Part shown: positions 36,952-47,588 of the stretch, one piece after another
Layout: every line of letters begins with the position of its first letter
Numbering within the stretch: position 1 is the first letter of the stretch
From: Batkoa obscura
Lineage: Eukaryota
DNA length: 64,000 nt
Assembly: GCA_030770535.1 (NCBI GenBank)
Contig: JASVEC010000014.1
Coordinates: 1,054,001-1,118,000, forward strand
Direction: 5' to 3'
Notes under the pieces: generated by a model
The model's input: the letters and a program-made list of their open reading frames with translations, nothing else
What the model was told of the DNA's origin: nothing
Databases searched by the model: none
Program-made: the position numbers and the translations under genes

Positions 36952-38034
36952 ATGAGATATAATCTTATTAGCAATGAAGACAGAGAAAGGATCGTCGATT
37001 CCTATATTAATGGATCTTGCCCAAGGCTAATTGCCAAAGTGATGGGTTTTAAGCGTAGGACTGTTCACAATATTATAAAAAAATATCTTGATGGAGGGGA
37101 TTATAGACGACAACAAAAACAGAAAAAAGCAGAGCTAGATCCTAGAAAACGAATTGTCGATTCTAAAAGTGAAATTATACAAGCTTGGGTTGATGAAGAC
37201 TGCACCATATCATTAAATACAATGACAAAAAAACTGAAGGATGAAAAGAATATAGACTTAGGCATAACAGGTATACATAGACGTATGAAAGATTTTAACT
37301 ACTCTTTTAAGCGTATAAGTTCTGCTGATCAAAATAGTGGGTCAAATCACCACAAAAAAAAAAGTACTGATGAAAGTAATGATCTGGTTGCCCAAAAAAG
37401 TGATTTCTCTACGCTAGAAATGAGGGCTTTTTATGTTGGTATTTTTGTTAGTGAAATAGCAAGACTTGATGATTCTAAAGTGTTTTTTATAAATGAAGCA
37501 ACTTTTTGTATTACAACACGTACAAAATATAAAAAAGAAGATATTATAAATAAAAAGTTTCCTGTTACTGGCCCTGGATTCAATACAAAAAACATTTTGT
37601 TATGTTGCGCTATGAATAAGCATGCAATAGTTGAGCATCAGACTCAGTTACATTCTTTTGATGAGGAATCATTTCATCAATTTATTCAAGTAGTCATCCT
37701 TAAGTTTACTCAAATCAATATAACAGAAGCGACAATAATTATGGATAGCGTATTTGTTGATAACAATCCAAGTATTAGAAGACTAATCGGAGCAAGCGGC
37801 CACAGGTTGATCTGTTTACCGCCAAACTCACTGTTTCTAAATCCTACTGAGTCCATCTATACCAAGTGGAAGCAGTTAATCAGAGAAAAAGATCCGCAAA
37901 ATGAGAGAGAATTGTTTGAGACTGTTAACAATGTTTGGTCAGAAATAACAAATGCCGACTGCAAGTCGTTTTATGAGCATATGTTAAGCTTTATACCAAA
38001 ATGTTTACAAAGAATGGAGATAATTGATGAATAA
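36952..38034 (+). CDS. IS630/Tc1-derived protein B (ND34E), probable domesticated transposase
   Basis: Paralog of A and C: VFFINEATF, IIMDS, LPPNSLFLNPTE; ~21-aa in-frame insertion after YSFKRI. Confidence 0.85.
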   Translation: MRYNLISNEDRERIVDSYINGSCPRLIAKVMGFKRRTVHNIIKKYLDGGDYRRQQKQKKAELDPRKRIVDSKSEIIQAWVDEDCTISLNTMTKKLKDEKNIDLGITGIHRRMKDFNYSFKRISSADQNSGSNHHKKKSTDESNDLVAQKSDFSTLEMRAFYVGIFVSEIARLDDSKVFFINEATFCITTRTKYKKEDIINKKFPVTGPGFNTKNILLCCAMNKHAIVEHQTQLHSFDEESFHQFIQVVILKFTQINITEATIIMDSVFVDNNPSIRRLIGASGHRLICLPPNSLFLNPTESIYTKWKQLIREKDPQNERELFETVNNVWSEITNADCKSFYEHMLSFIPKCLQRMEIIDE

Positions 38035-38394
38035 CATTTGATTAATACTTTTGTGTTGTTATCATGATTATTATTTTCTGTTTTGATACCTTTGTTTTAC
38101 AATGTGTCTTTAGGCTACACTTATTTTTTGTTAATAATAAGCTTTAATCAGCCTTGCGTAAATAGGATAGCTATGTTTAAAAGCATTGTTGCATAAATTT
38201 AAGAAATAAAAAGTAAATATAAAATGATATACAGCATCATTTTTGTATTTCATAACTTAAAACATAAAAGAACCATTAGTTAATACAGGAACTAAAAAGC
38301 ATAGCCAATGGTTTTAGCAAATGTTACACACTACGCCTTGTCATTTTAGCAATGAATTTATAATTAGTTGATAGCCTCTGTTCTACCTTTAGCA

Positions 38395-38690
38395 TTATTA
38401 AACTAAATTGAAGGTCCATTGCCCTTGTATCTAGAAATGACATAGCTATCTCACTACTCAGTGCAAGAGCGTATTATTTTAAATAAGTAATCTATTGTAC
38501 TTTAGTATTTGATAAAATTTATGTTTAGACTAGATGCAATCTGATAATGGTAGCTTTCAAGAAGTTATGGAGCTTGTGATCCATGACTATCAACAGGCTA
38601 AAGCTATTTTGGATTTAACTGTGAGATAAGATATTAATTTGCCTTCAGAAAATAATAAGGTCTCAAATAAGCCAACTAAAGTCCATTAAA
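38395..38690 (+). pseudogene. Decayed duplicate of the RRP41 3' exons (unit 3)
   Basis: GATAATGGTAGCTTTCAAGAAGTTATGGAGCTTGTGATCCATGACTATCAACAGGCTAAAGCTATTTTGGATTTAACTGTGAGATAA aligns to the last RRP41 exon (32190-32280) and contains a premature stop. Confidence 0.85.
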
Positions 38691-38800
38691 TTATAGAGTC
38701 GATAACTTAAACAAAAGAACTGCAAAGTGTTAAACTTGAGTCCAAAAGTCATGAATTTTATTTCATTTATTAAAGTATAATAACAAAACTCAAAATCTGT

Positions 38801-39752
38801 TTATCTTGTATCGCTATTTAATGTCATTGTATTTTCCACTAATTTTTGTAAAGCTAATAAAGCTTTGGCTAAATTTTCTATCTCAATTATATTATTACTT
38901 TGGGATAATCTGTCATTAAGTGAATTAATTTTTTCTATAGCTATCTTTTCTGTCGAAGAAATGTTATGCGAAAATGATCCTTTTAAGTTAGAATACTGTG
39001 GACTACTAAAACTATCTTTAGATGACTTTACTTCTATTGACTTTGATGTAGTATTTGGTAAGCTCAACTATATAAAATATCAAAAAACGCTTTTATTGAT
39101 ACGGAAATAAATACCTTTTTTTTATACTCCATCTTCCTCAAGTCACCAGCGTCTTTTGGTTTAGCTGTAGCTTCAGATAGGTTCCTTTTTGCTCCATGTA
39201 TTTTTTCGTCGTAATCCTTTTCCAAAATGTATTGCGTTCCACAGCTTACACATAAACTATGCTTTTCTTTATTTCTGACTAATGGAATCTATTTCAATTA
39301 ATACTAATTTAAAAACAACTATTGTAAACTTACCCCTTGACATTTGCTATTAGGACATAAAGTATCTAAAAGTGCCCATCCCTGAAGTAGTTTTGCTCCA
39401 ATTGTTTCACTTATTTCGTCTCTTCTTTTCTTATTATTTCCATTAGCTTCTAAATCATCTTCTCTATTAACCGTCTCAGGAGATAAAGTTTCCCCTTTTT
39501 CTGTTACTATATCTTCAATTTGTAAGTTTTCCTCTTCTTTCGTGCCTAATTTTTTTTCCTCTTCACATACTGGACAGTGCAACACCTTTGTTTTTCTGTC
39601 TCTCATCAAAGGGCACTTCAATACCAGTTAGTAAAATGGTTTTAATAATATAATAAATTTACTGGACAATCTGGGCATATTTGTGTAGTCATTATCATGC
39701 CTTTAAGTAAGCATTCGGATACTAAACTGGCCGCTCTGTCCGTTGATGACAT
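38801..39752 (-). CDS. ZNRD2: ZNRD2/SSSCA1 (autoantigen p27) double zinc-ribbon protein, 4 exons
   Basis: MSSTDRAASLVSECLLKGMIMTTQICPDCP/CPLMRDRK...HCPVC and ISETIGAKLLQGWALLDTLCP..KC/IPLVR...LCVSC repeats. Confidence 0.88.
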
Positions 39753-39952
39753 GTTTCTAGTTTAAAGTCAAATACGAGAGCTAATAATAGAGAGGAGATT
39801 ATCTTCAAATATTTTAGGAGAAAATAGCATAAACTTTTTAACCCTTTAAAACCAGCCAACCAAAACTATTTTGGTCAGAAAACCATGTCAAAATAAAGTG
39901 CAATAAGTGATTTTTTTTAAACTTTTGTTTCATTCGTCATTTACTTCTCAAA

Positions 39953-40978
39953 ATGAAATACCAAAAAATTAACGACGAAGACCGAAAAAGTGTCATCAAC
40001 TCTTATACTGATGGAACCAACGCTACAAACATTGCCAAACAAACAGGCCTTAAACGTACCACAGTTCAAGCAATTATAAACAAATATCTAAATAGCGAAG
40101 ATTGCCCTGAAAAATTGAAATTAAAAGTTCAAGAAAAAAAAGCAGTACCTCAAGATAAGACCATATCGGAATCCCAGAGAGAAATAATGCATTCTTGGAT
40201 TGATGAAAACTGCAACACCCCAATAAAAGCTATAAAAGAGAAAATGAAGGATGAAATGGGATTAAATGTAAGCGAATCTTTAATAAATGAACATCTGAAG
40301 GCCTTTCATTTTTCTTTTAAACGTATTAATTTAGCTCCTCAAAATAACGATTCGTCTACTCTGGAAAACAGAGCTATCTATGCCAATAATTTTGTGGATA
40401 ACATAGAAAAACTCGATGACTCTAAAGTTATTTTTATAAATGAAGCAACATTCAGTGTTTCAATGCGTCGGAATAGAAAAGCCATAATTAAAAAACCAAA
40501 GTCAAACAAGTTTATTCCTGCACTTCGTACAAAGAATATATCAATGTGTTGTGCTATGAGTAAATGCGGAATAGTTCAATTTGAGGCTCGATTAAAACTT
40601 TTTGATATTGAGTCATTTGATCAATTTATTAAATCAATTATCAAAGAATTAAAGAAAAAAGGCATATCAGAAGCGACAATTATTATGGACAGTGCTCATA
40701 TTGACAAAGATCCAGCAATGAAGAAATTTATTGAATCAAAAGGGTATAATTTAGTTTCTTTACCATCCTATTCTGAGTTTTTAAATCCTGTTGAGGCCAT
40801 GTATACCAAGTGGAAGCAGTTAGTCAGAGGAAAAGATCCACAAAGTGAGGAAGAATTATTTGAAGTTTTAGAACAAGTTTTACTAGAAATTTCAGAGGTT
40901 GATTGTAAAGGTTATTTTGAACACATGCTTAGTTTACTACCAAAATGTATCAGAAAAGAAGAGATCCTTAATGAATAA
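39953..40978 (+). CDS. IS630/Tc1-derived protein C (ND34E), probable domesticated transposase, head-to-head with ZNRD2
   Basis: VIFINEATF, IIMDS, LPSYSEFLNPVE; its ATG is 200 bp from the ZNRD2 ATG. Confidence 0.85.
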   Translation: MKYQKINDEDRKSVINSYTDGTNATNIAKQTGLKRTTVQAIINKYLNSEDCPEKLKLKVQEKKAVPQDKTISESQREIMHSWIDENCNTPIKAIKEKMKDEMGLNVSESLINEHLKAFHFSFKRINLAPQNNDSSTLENRAIYANNFVDNIEKLDDSKVIFINEATFSVSMRRNRKAIIKKPKSNKFIPALRTKNISMCCAMSKCGIVQFEARLKLFDIESFDQFIKSIIKELKKKGISEATIIMDSAHIDKDPAMKKFIESKGYNLVSLPSYSEFLNPVEAMYTKWKQLVRGKDPQSEEELFEVLEQVLLEISEVDCKGYFEHMLSLLPKCIRKEEILNE

Positions 40979-41492
40979 ATATTACATTTGTACTTTCATT
41001 TTTTGGTTTTTTTTATAACTTCTAGTTGTAAATTTAATATGTTCTTAATATACCTTTTTTCCAATAAATAAAATACTTTGCAGCAATTTGCTAGTAATAT
41101 AATTATATCTACAAAGTAGCGCAATATAGGACATAGATATATATAAAGTAAAAGTCAAACCAATAGCGGTAGTGATATTTCCTGCTCCAATATATTGCCC
41201 ATTTTTTGTGGAGCTCAATTTATCAAATTTTGATTTTTAAATTAGTAGCTGAAGTCTTGGTAGAAAATATCACTTGAAACTCAATACAATGTTTCCAACA
41301 GAAAATATAACACTATTTGATTTTACTTTTTTCACAGCCAATTATCCGGGAAATCAAGTTCTTAGCCTTCAAATGAAATCATCAAATTAATTTTAGGATA
41401 GATTTCTAGTTTTCAATAGTTAATGAATTGGATACTTTCTATTAAAAACAATCTAAAAAGTCCAACCGCTATATGCTTTTTTTTAAGTTCAA

Positions 41493-42614
41493 ATGACATC
41501 GATTACCCGAAAGAAAAGTTTAGTATGAATAATGAAGTGAGAAAAATGATTATTAAGTTTATATTAAGGAAAATAATATAAAAGATATTCTTAGAATAAC
41601 AGGCTACAAAAAAAACTACTGTTTATGACATAAGAAATTATACTGAGAGGAAAGGTCAGAGTAGAAAATCGAGAGCAGTACCAAGACTTAATTCGAGAGC
41701 CCTATCAGATAGTCAAGAGAAACCTATACGAAGTTGGGTTGATGAAGATTGCAAAAGTATGACGCCAGCAATAAAATAGAATCCGTTAAAGGAAATGAGG
41801 GTAAATGTAGGCCGATCAACTACATCAAGATGTACAAAGGCATTTGATTGCTTTTTGAAGTGTATTTATTTAGCCATTCAAGATGAAAATTCAGTCCCTC
41901 AGGATAATGGTTTAGATATGCTAGAAATGAGATCTCACTATACTAGCATTTTTCTAAATAAAAAATTAATTTTTGATGACTTTAGGATATTTTTTATAAA
42001 TAAAGCAACATTTTCCATTACAATGCGCACCAAGTATAAAAGGAGAAAATTAAAGTTGGAAAGCTTACTTCCCTCGGTCCTGGATTCAAAACAAAAGATA
42101 TATTACTGTGATGTTATGAATAAAAATGGGATAATCAAACATCAGACTCAACTAAACTTTTTTGATAGAGAATCTTTTTTTCAATTTATTGAATCAATTA
42201 TAGACAAGTTTGCTCAAATGAATACATCGGATGTAATAATAATCGTAGAAAATATGCTAATAAAGATCCAAATGTTAGAAAGCTCATTGAAGTAAGTGAA
42301 CACAAATTCTCTGTTTCTAAACCCTGCTGAGTCTATTTATACCAAGCGGAAGCGGTCAATCAAAGAGAAAGATCCGCAAAACGAAAGAGCATTGTTTGAA
42401 GCTGTTGGCAGTATTTGATCAGGATTATCAGAATCTAATTATAATGATTCTATAACATATGGAGATATATTCTTTTGTTTAAGAATTTTACTAACAACCT
42501 TTCCACTTAAATAGCGCTTAAAAAGTGGAAAAAGTAACGAAGCCAAAAAAAACACCCCTATATACTACATCTTTTATCAAGGTGTATAAAAAAAGAAGTA
42601 ATAAATGATAATAA
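41493..42614 (+). pseudogene. Fourth, pseudogenised IS630/Tc1-derived paralog D, with a MITE at 42461-42559
   Basis: Frameshifted fragments MNNEVRKMII / ITGYKKTTVYDI / RSWVDEDC / IFFINKATF / FLNPAESIYTKRK..EKDPQNER / SRCIKKEVIND; MITE TSD ATAT near the 3' end. Confidence 0.85.
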
Positions 42615-42994
42615 ACGAGAATTAATCTAATTTGTTTTCTTGTTTTTGTTAGTTTGATTTTTGAGTTCACCAGGTTTACATGCTCCTTTTCATATTTATC
42701 CTTTGATAAGCAAAACAGCTTAAACTAATTTATAAATTAAAGGAACTAAATTAAAAGTGTAATGATTTAAATTTGAACACATAAAAAAATTAAACACTAA
42801 AAACGAATATATATTTATTAAAGCTATAAGGTTGCTTTGTGAAACAGGATAAAACAATTTCACATCTATAATCAAAGTAATAATGATAGAATACAAAATA
42901 CTTACAATATTAATTTCGTATTATTAAACTAGAATCTGAACAAAATCATTGATAATTAACTTAAGAGTACAACAGATATGACTTATAAAAGATA

Positions 42995-43789
42995 TTAATT
43001 TTGTTCATCATCCTCACGGTTTCCCTTATATTTCCCCTCCTTAGTTGAAACAGGTGGAGTAGATAGAGGACGAGGAGGCAATAAATGTTCTGGTATAGAA
43101 AATTTCCTAACATCGGGCGGTAATAAAGGCTGATGATGGTTTGCAGTAATAGTTTCCTGATCGATCTCATTAATTACAACCCCATTCTGTAGCTTATCAT
43201 TCAACATAACAATATCATGATGTAGCTTAAAGTTCTCATTTTCTAACCGTTTCACTTTCTCTTCCAACTCAGATACATACATCTTTTTCTTTAAGCGTGA
43301 GTCTTGTGCTGCTATTCTATTTCTTATAAGGCGTCTTTGTCTCTTTTCAATGGCTGTCTCATTTGGTTTGCCTGATGACGAGTTGATTTCATCCCTTGAG
43401 TTTGTACCAGTTGATCTAGTATAGTATGGTGTTAGACTGCCATGAGAACGTATCATTCCACTTTGATTAGAGTTTGGTGAGTCGCAGCGACTAGACCCAG
43501 ATTGATAAGGAGAAATAGCTGGTGGATGGCGGTTTCTTGGGGAATTGATAGAAAGATGAGCTACTCTTCTGGCAACTTCATTTGGCTCTATAGGCATATT
43601 TTTATTTGGGATGGACTGTAAATTAGGGTCTACTTCATATTGATTTGGAACTGAGTTCAAGGGTTTTGATGATACATCATAGGATTGATTGTAAAGCATA
43701 TCTTCAGTATTGAGGATGGCGTGTATTCCAGATTTTCGTGGGTTTGAATCGGGTTGATATGAGTTGGGATTGTTGTTTGGGTTATCCAT
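42995..43789 (-). CDS. bZIP transcription factor (ATF/CREB-like), intronless
   Basis: KRQRRLIRNRIAAQDSRLKKKMYVSELEEKVKRLENENFKL basic region and zipper. Confidence 0.9.
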   Translation of the reverse strand: MDNPNNNPNSYQPDSNPRKSGIHAILNTEDMLYNQSYDVSSKPLNSVPNQYEVDPNLQSIPNKNMPIEPNEVARRVAHLSINSPRNRHPPAISPYQSGSSRCDSPNSNQSGMIRSHGSLTPYYTRSTGTNSRDEINSSSGKPNETAIEKRQRRLIRNRIAAQDSRLKKKMYVSELEEKVKRLENENFKLHHDIVMLNDKLQNGVVINEIDQETITANHHQPLLPPDVRKFSIPEHLLPPRPLSTPPVSTKEGKYKGNREDDEQN

Positions 43790-44104
43790 AAAATAGTGAA
43801 AATGAATTTAACAATTTTTTAGTTGTTATTTACATAACCATAAGCATAATTTAATGAGCAAATGAAAATTGTAATTTTATTTTAATAAACCATACAAATG
43901 AAGTATATATCGGAATGCTTATTCTTAATGGCTTCATTGCATTAAAATAAAAATATTTTTTGGGTTTATGAGTATAAGTGAACCAATAAAGCCCCTTTAT
44001 TTAAATTTATTTACCAATTAAGAATAACTCGTCATCATTTTTAACTTCGGAATAAATTCTTAAAAGTGTTGTTTTTATTTAACTATTCCAAAAAACAGAA
44101 TAAA

Positions 44105-44773
44105 ATGGGTGCAGTAGGACGCTTACATAGTATACCAAACTACGAAAGAGCAAATAAAATTTTGATTGCAGCTAAGCTTAGCAATGTTGAAATCGATTAC
44201 GATCCAAACTTTAAATTCGGTGTTGATAATAAGACTGAAGAATATATTGCTAAATTTCCATTAGGTCAAGCACCTGCTTTTGAATCTAAAGATGGTCTTT
44301 TATTGACAGAATCTGATGCCATTACTTTTTACATCGCTTCACAAAAAGAAAACAACCCTCTATTAGGCTCTAATAAAAATGATTATGCTAAGATCCTTCA
44401 ATATTCTTATTACGGTGCAACTCAAATCACTCCCCCAGCCCTTCAATTGTATATGCCATTATTTGGCTTTGCTGAGTATGATAAAAAAGTCGAAGAAGCA
44501 GCTTATACACGTATTGATAAAGCATTGAGTTATCTTGATAACGAAATCAAAGGAAAAGAGTATTTAGTTGGAAATCATATTACTTTGGCAGATGTATTTA
44601 TGTTTTGTGTTATGGATGGACTCTATCGTATGTTTTACACGAAAGAGCATCGTGATCAATATCCTAATTTTTCTAGTTACTTTGAGCGTATTTCTCAAAT
44701 ACCTGAGGTCAAGGAAGTCGTTGGAGAGTTTAAATACGCGCAAGAACGTAAAAAATATACTCCAAAGGCTTAG
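44105..44773 (+). CDS. Glutathione S-transferase of the eEF1B-gamma N-terminal type, stand-alone, intronless
   Basis: GVDNKTEEYIAKFPLGQAPAFE, LTESDAI, EYLVGNHITLADV; ends YTPKA* with no EF1G C-terminal domain. Confidence 0.85.
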   Translation: MGAVGRLHSIPNYERANKILIAAKLSNVEIDYDPNFKFGVDNKTEEYIAKFPLGQAPAFESKDGLLLTESDAITFYIASQKENNPLLGSNKNDYAKILQYSYYGATQITPPALQLYMPLFGFAEYDKKVEEAAYTRIDKALSYLDNEIKGKEYLVGNHITLADVFMFCVMDGLYRMFYTKEHRDQYPNFSSYFERISQIPEVKEVVGEFKYAQERKKYTPKA

Positions 44774-45336
44774 TTGTTTAAGAACTAACTTTGATTAGTA
44801 CTGTACACTCAGTCGCTTCAGTGATATTTTATTTGTGATACTAATAAACTATACAAAGTTATATTGATAGTTAGCAGTAGTAAATGATTTTAATATAGGA
44901 ATTTATAGTGAAAATATTAAATTATCATTTAAATAAATTATATATATATTAAACACTATACGAACTTAAACAACAAGACTTTAAGACGGGGCATTAAAAC
45001 AACTTACAAATACCAAAAACTAGATAGTATTCTGAATAAATAATATTGTTAAACTATAGAACTAAAAATTTCAAGCTCAATAACATGGCTGTATTTAATT
45101 AATGTGGCATCATTCTACACTATTATTCATTTAGCAGCTTTGATACAAAATAAATAGACTTCATTAACGCTAAATCTATTGACGAAGCTAAAAGTAGTAG
45201 ATGTAATCTTATGATTTAATTATCCCATTACTTTTTATAGTTCAATTTTAAATTACTTCATTCCTATTTTTATTATAGCCATTTTGATTAAAAATTAAGA
45301 ACCGTGACGTTACAAAATAAAATATTTTTTAATTAA

Positions 45337-47479
45337 ATGTTGCGGTTATCAAACCTATTCAAACAAAGACTCTTCATCTCAACGCACAGAATGTATTCAT
45401 CAAAACTAAACTTACCATTAATACCTATATTCACTAAGCCACTCAGAAACTTAAACAATGACCTAACCAAATCAAGCATCATCGAGGATAATAAAGCCTA
45501 TACTTATAGTCAGGTATTCCAAGGGGTTCATAGGATCAAAAACATGTTACTGAAGGATCAAAAAAAGAAGTAAGTACTTATTAGTCAATCCTTATAGTCG
45601 CATTTTTTATCTTTAAGGTTTTTACAAGCAGAAAGGGTAGCATACTTGATGCCAAACAGTTTAGAATACGCCTGTACGCAATGGGGAATATGGGCCTGTG
45701 GAGCAACAGCGGTACCGTTGGGTAAATTTGGCTATTCAAAACAATAATAGTACCTAATAGTACTAACCTTCTAGGCTTGTCACATCCTATTAAAGAATTA
45801 GAATATGTACTAGAAAATAGTCAATCAAAAGTGTTATTGTATCATCCACAGTATGAGGATAAGGTTAAACAACTAAAACAAAATATAAACATCGAATGTA
45901 TTCCACTAACTAAAGAAATCCTTTTAGCTGAGAATTCAAATCTTGATTTTGAGTTTTTTGAGTTTGATCTTGAAAAGGAAGCATTGTTTATCTATACATC
46001 TGGTACCACTGGTAAGTGAAATAATTTGTATGAGAACGAGTCGATTAAATATTATATAGGTAAACCCAAAGGGGTGGTATTGACATATAAAAATATATTG
46101 GCCATGATGGATGCTTTAACTACAGCTTGGGACTATCAAAAAAGTGACCATATCCTACATTGTTTGCCATTGCATCACGTTCATGTAAGGCAATACTAGC
46201 TAAATGATTTATCACTTAATATTAATAATTTAATTAAGGGAGTAATAAATGTAAGTTTTACTATTTAATCAATCAATCAATCAAATTTAAAAATAAAGGC
46301 TTTAAACTGTATACTATACAATGGAGGTACCGTACAGTTTATAAAATATAATCCAGATCAATTATGGAAACAATTTTTAACCAATAAGCAAATCAATATG
46401 TTTATGGCTGTTCCAACAATCTATGGTACTCGTTTACTTTAACCTTAAGACTAGTTTTTAAATTTTATTTAGCTACATTGATTCAATGTTATAGTAAGTT
46501 AACTGACGAAGAGAAAAAACAGGTAACTGAAAATTTCAAATCTTATCGTTTAATGGCCTCTGGCTCTTCCGCTTTACCAAGTACTGTATTCGACCAATGG
46601 CATCAGATTTCTGGCCATAAGCTATTAGAAAGATATGGTATGAGTGAGATTGGGATGGCTTTAACAAATCCTTATTCTCCAATTGAAGAAAGAACTAAGG
46701 TAGGTGTCGTTAAAAATATATAATAATAACTAATTTCAAATTAGGGTCACGTCGGACTTCCCTTTCCTACAGTAGAAATAAGATTGGTAGATGAAGATAA
46801 TAATGTCATTTATAATAACAATCAATCTGGGGAAATTCAAATCCGTGGACCTTCAGTATTTAAAGAGTAATAGTTTATTTGCATCATAATTGTATATTGT
46901 AATTTTAATTCAATCAGGTATTGGAAAAATGAAATAGCAACAAAAGAAGCGTTCACTAAAGATGGATGGTAACATTATACCAAGTTTAAACAAAATTGTT
47001 GACTTTGTTCAGGTTTAAAACAGGAGACATTGCGGAATTAACTTTGGATCATGGATACCGAATTTTAGGGCGAAACAGTGTCGATATTATTAAAGTAAGA
47101 ATAGTTCAATTTATAATTCGAAAGTACTAATCATAATTAAAGTATAAAGGATTTAAACTATCAGCATTAGAAATTGAAAAGGAAATTTTAGACTTTGAGG
47201 CTATTTCAGAGTGTACTGTATTGGGTCTTCCCCATCAAGAGTTTGGGGAAAGTATATTGGCTTTATTAGTTTTGAAGGTAAATAAGTCATTGATGTAAGT
47301 TGTAGATTAACATTTACTTATAGAGTGGTTACTCTTTTGATAAAGAGAAGCTATTGACTTTTTTATCTGATAAATTAGCTGACTATAAGCTACCTAATAG
47401 ATTTGAGGTATTAGATCAAATCCCTAAAAATGCTATGGGTAAAGTTAACAAGAAAGCTTTAAAAGCTGATTACATCTGA
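45337..47479 (+). CDS. ACSF3: ACSF3-like mitochondrial acyl-CoA (malonate-CoA) synthetase, multi-exon
   Basis: Mitochondrial presequence-like N-terminus; [67 protein letters not shown]. Confidence 0.87.
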
Positions 47480-47588
47480 TAAGAGCATTGTTCATCTCAT
47501 ATAAGTAAATTTTTATGACTTAATAAAATAACATAAAACAAAATGATTTAACTCCCCTTTATTAATAAAAAAACTATTTCATTCTACC

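Noticed and set aside
33500..42700. Four independent insertions of active Tc1/IS630 transposons
   Set aside because: No TIRs or TA TSDs found; the flanks are duplicated host genes; the first catalytic Asp is missing; regular 3-kb spacing and a single orientation indicate tandem duplication.
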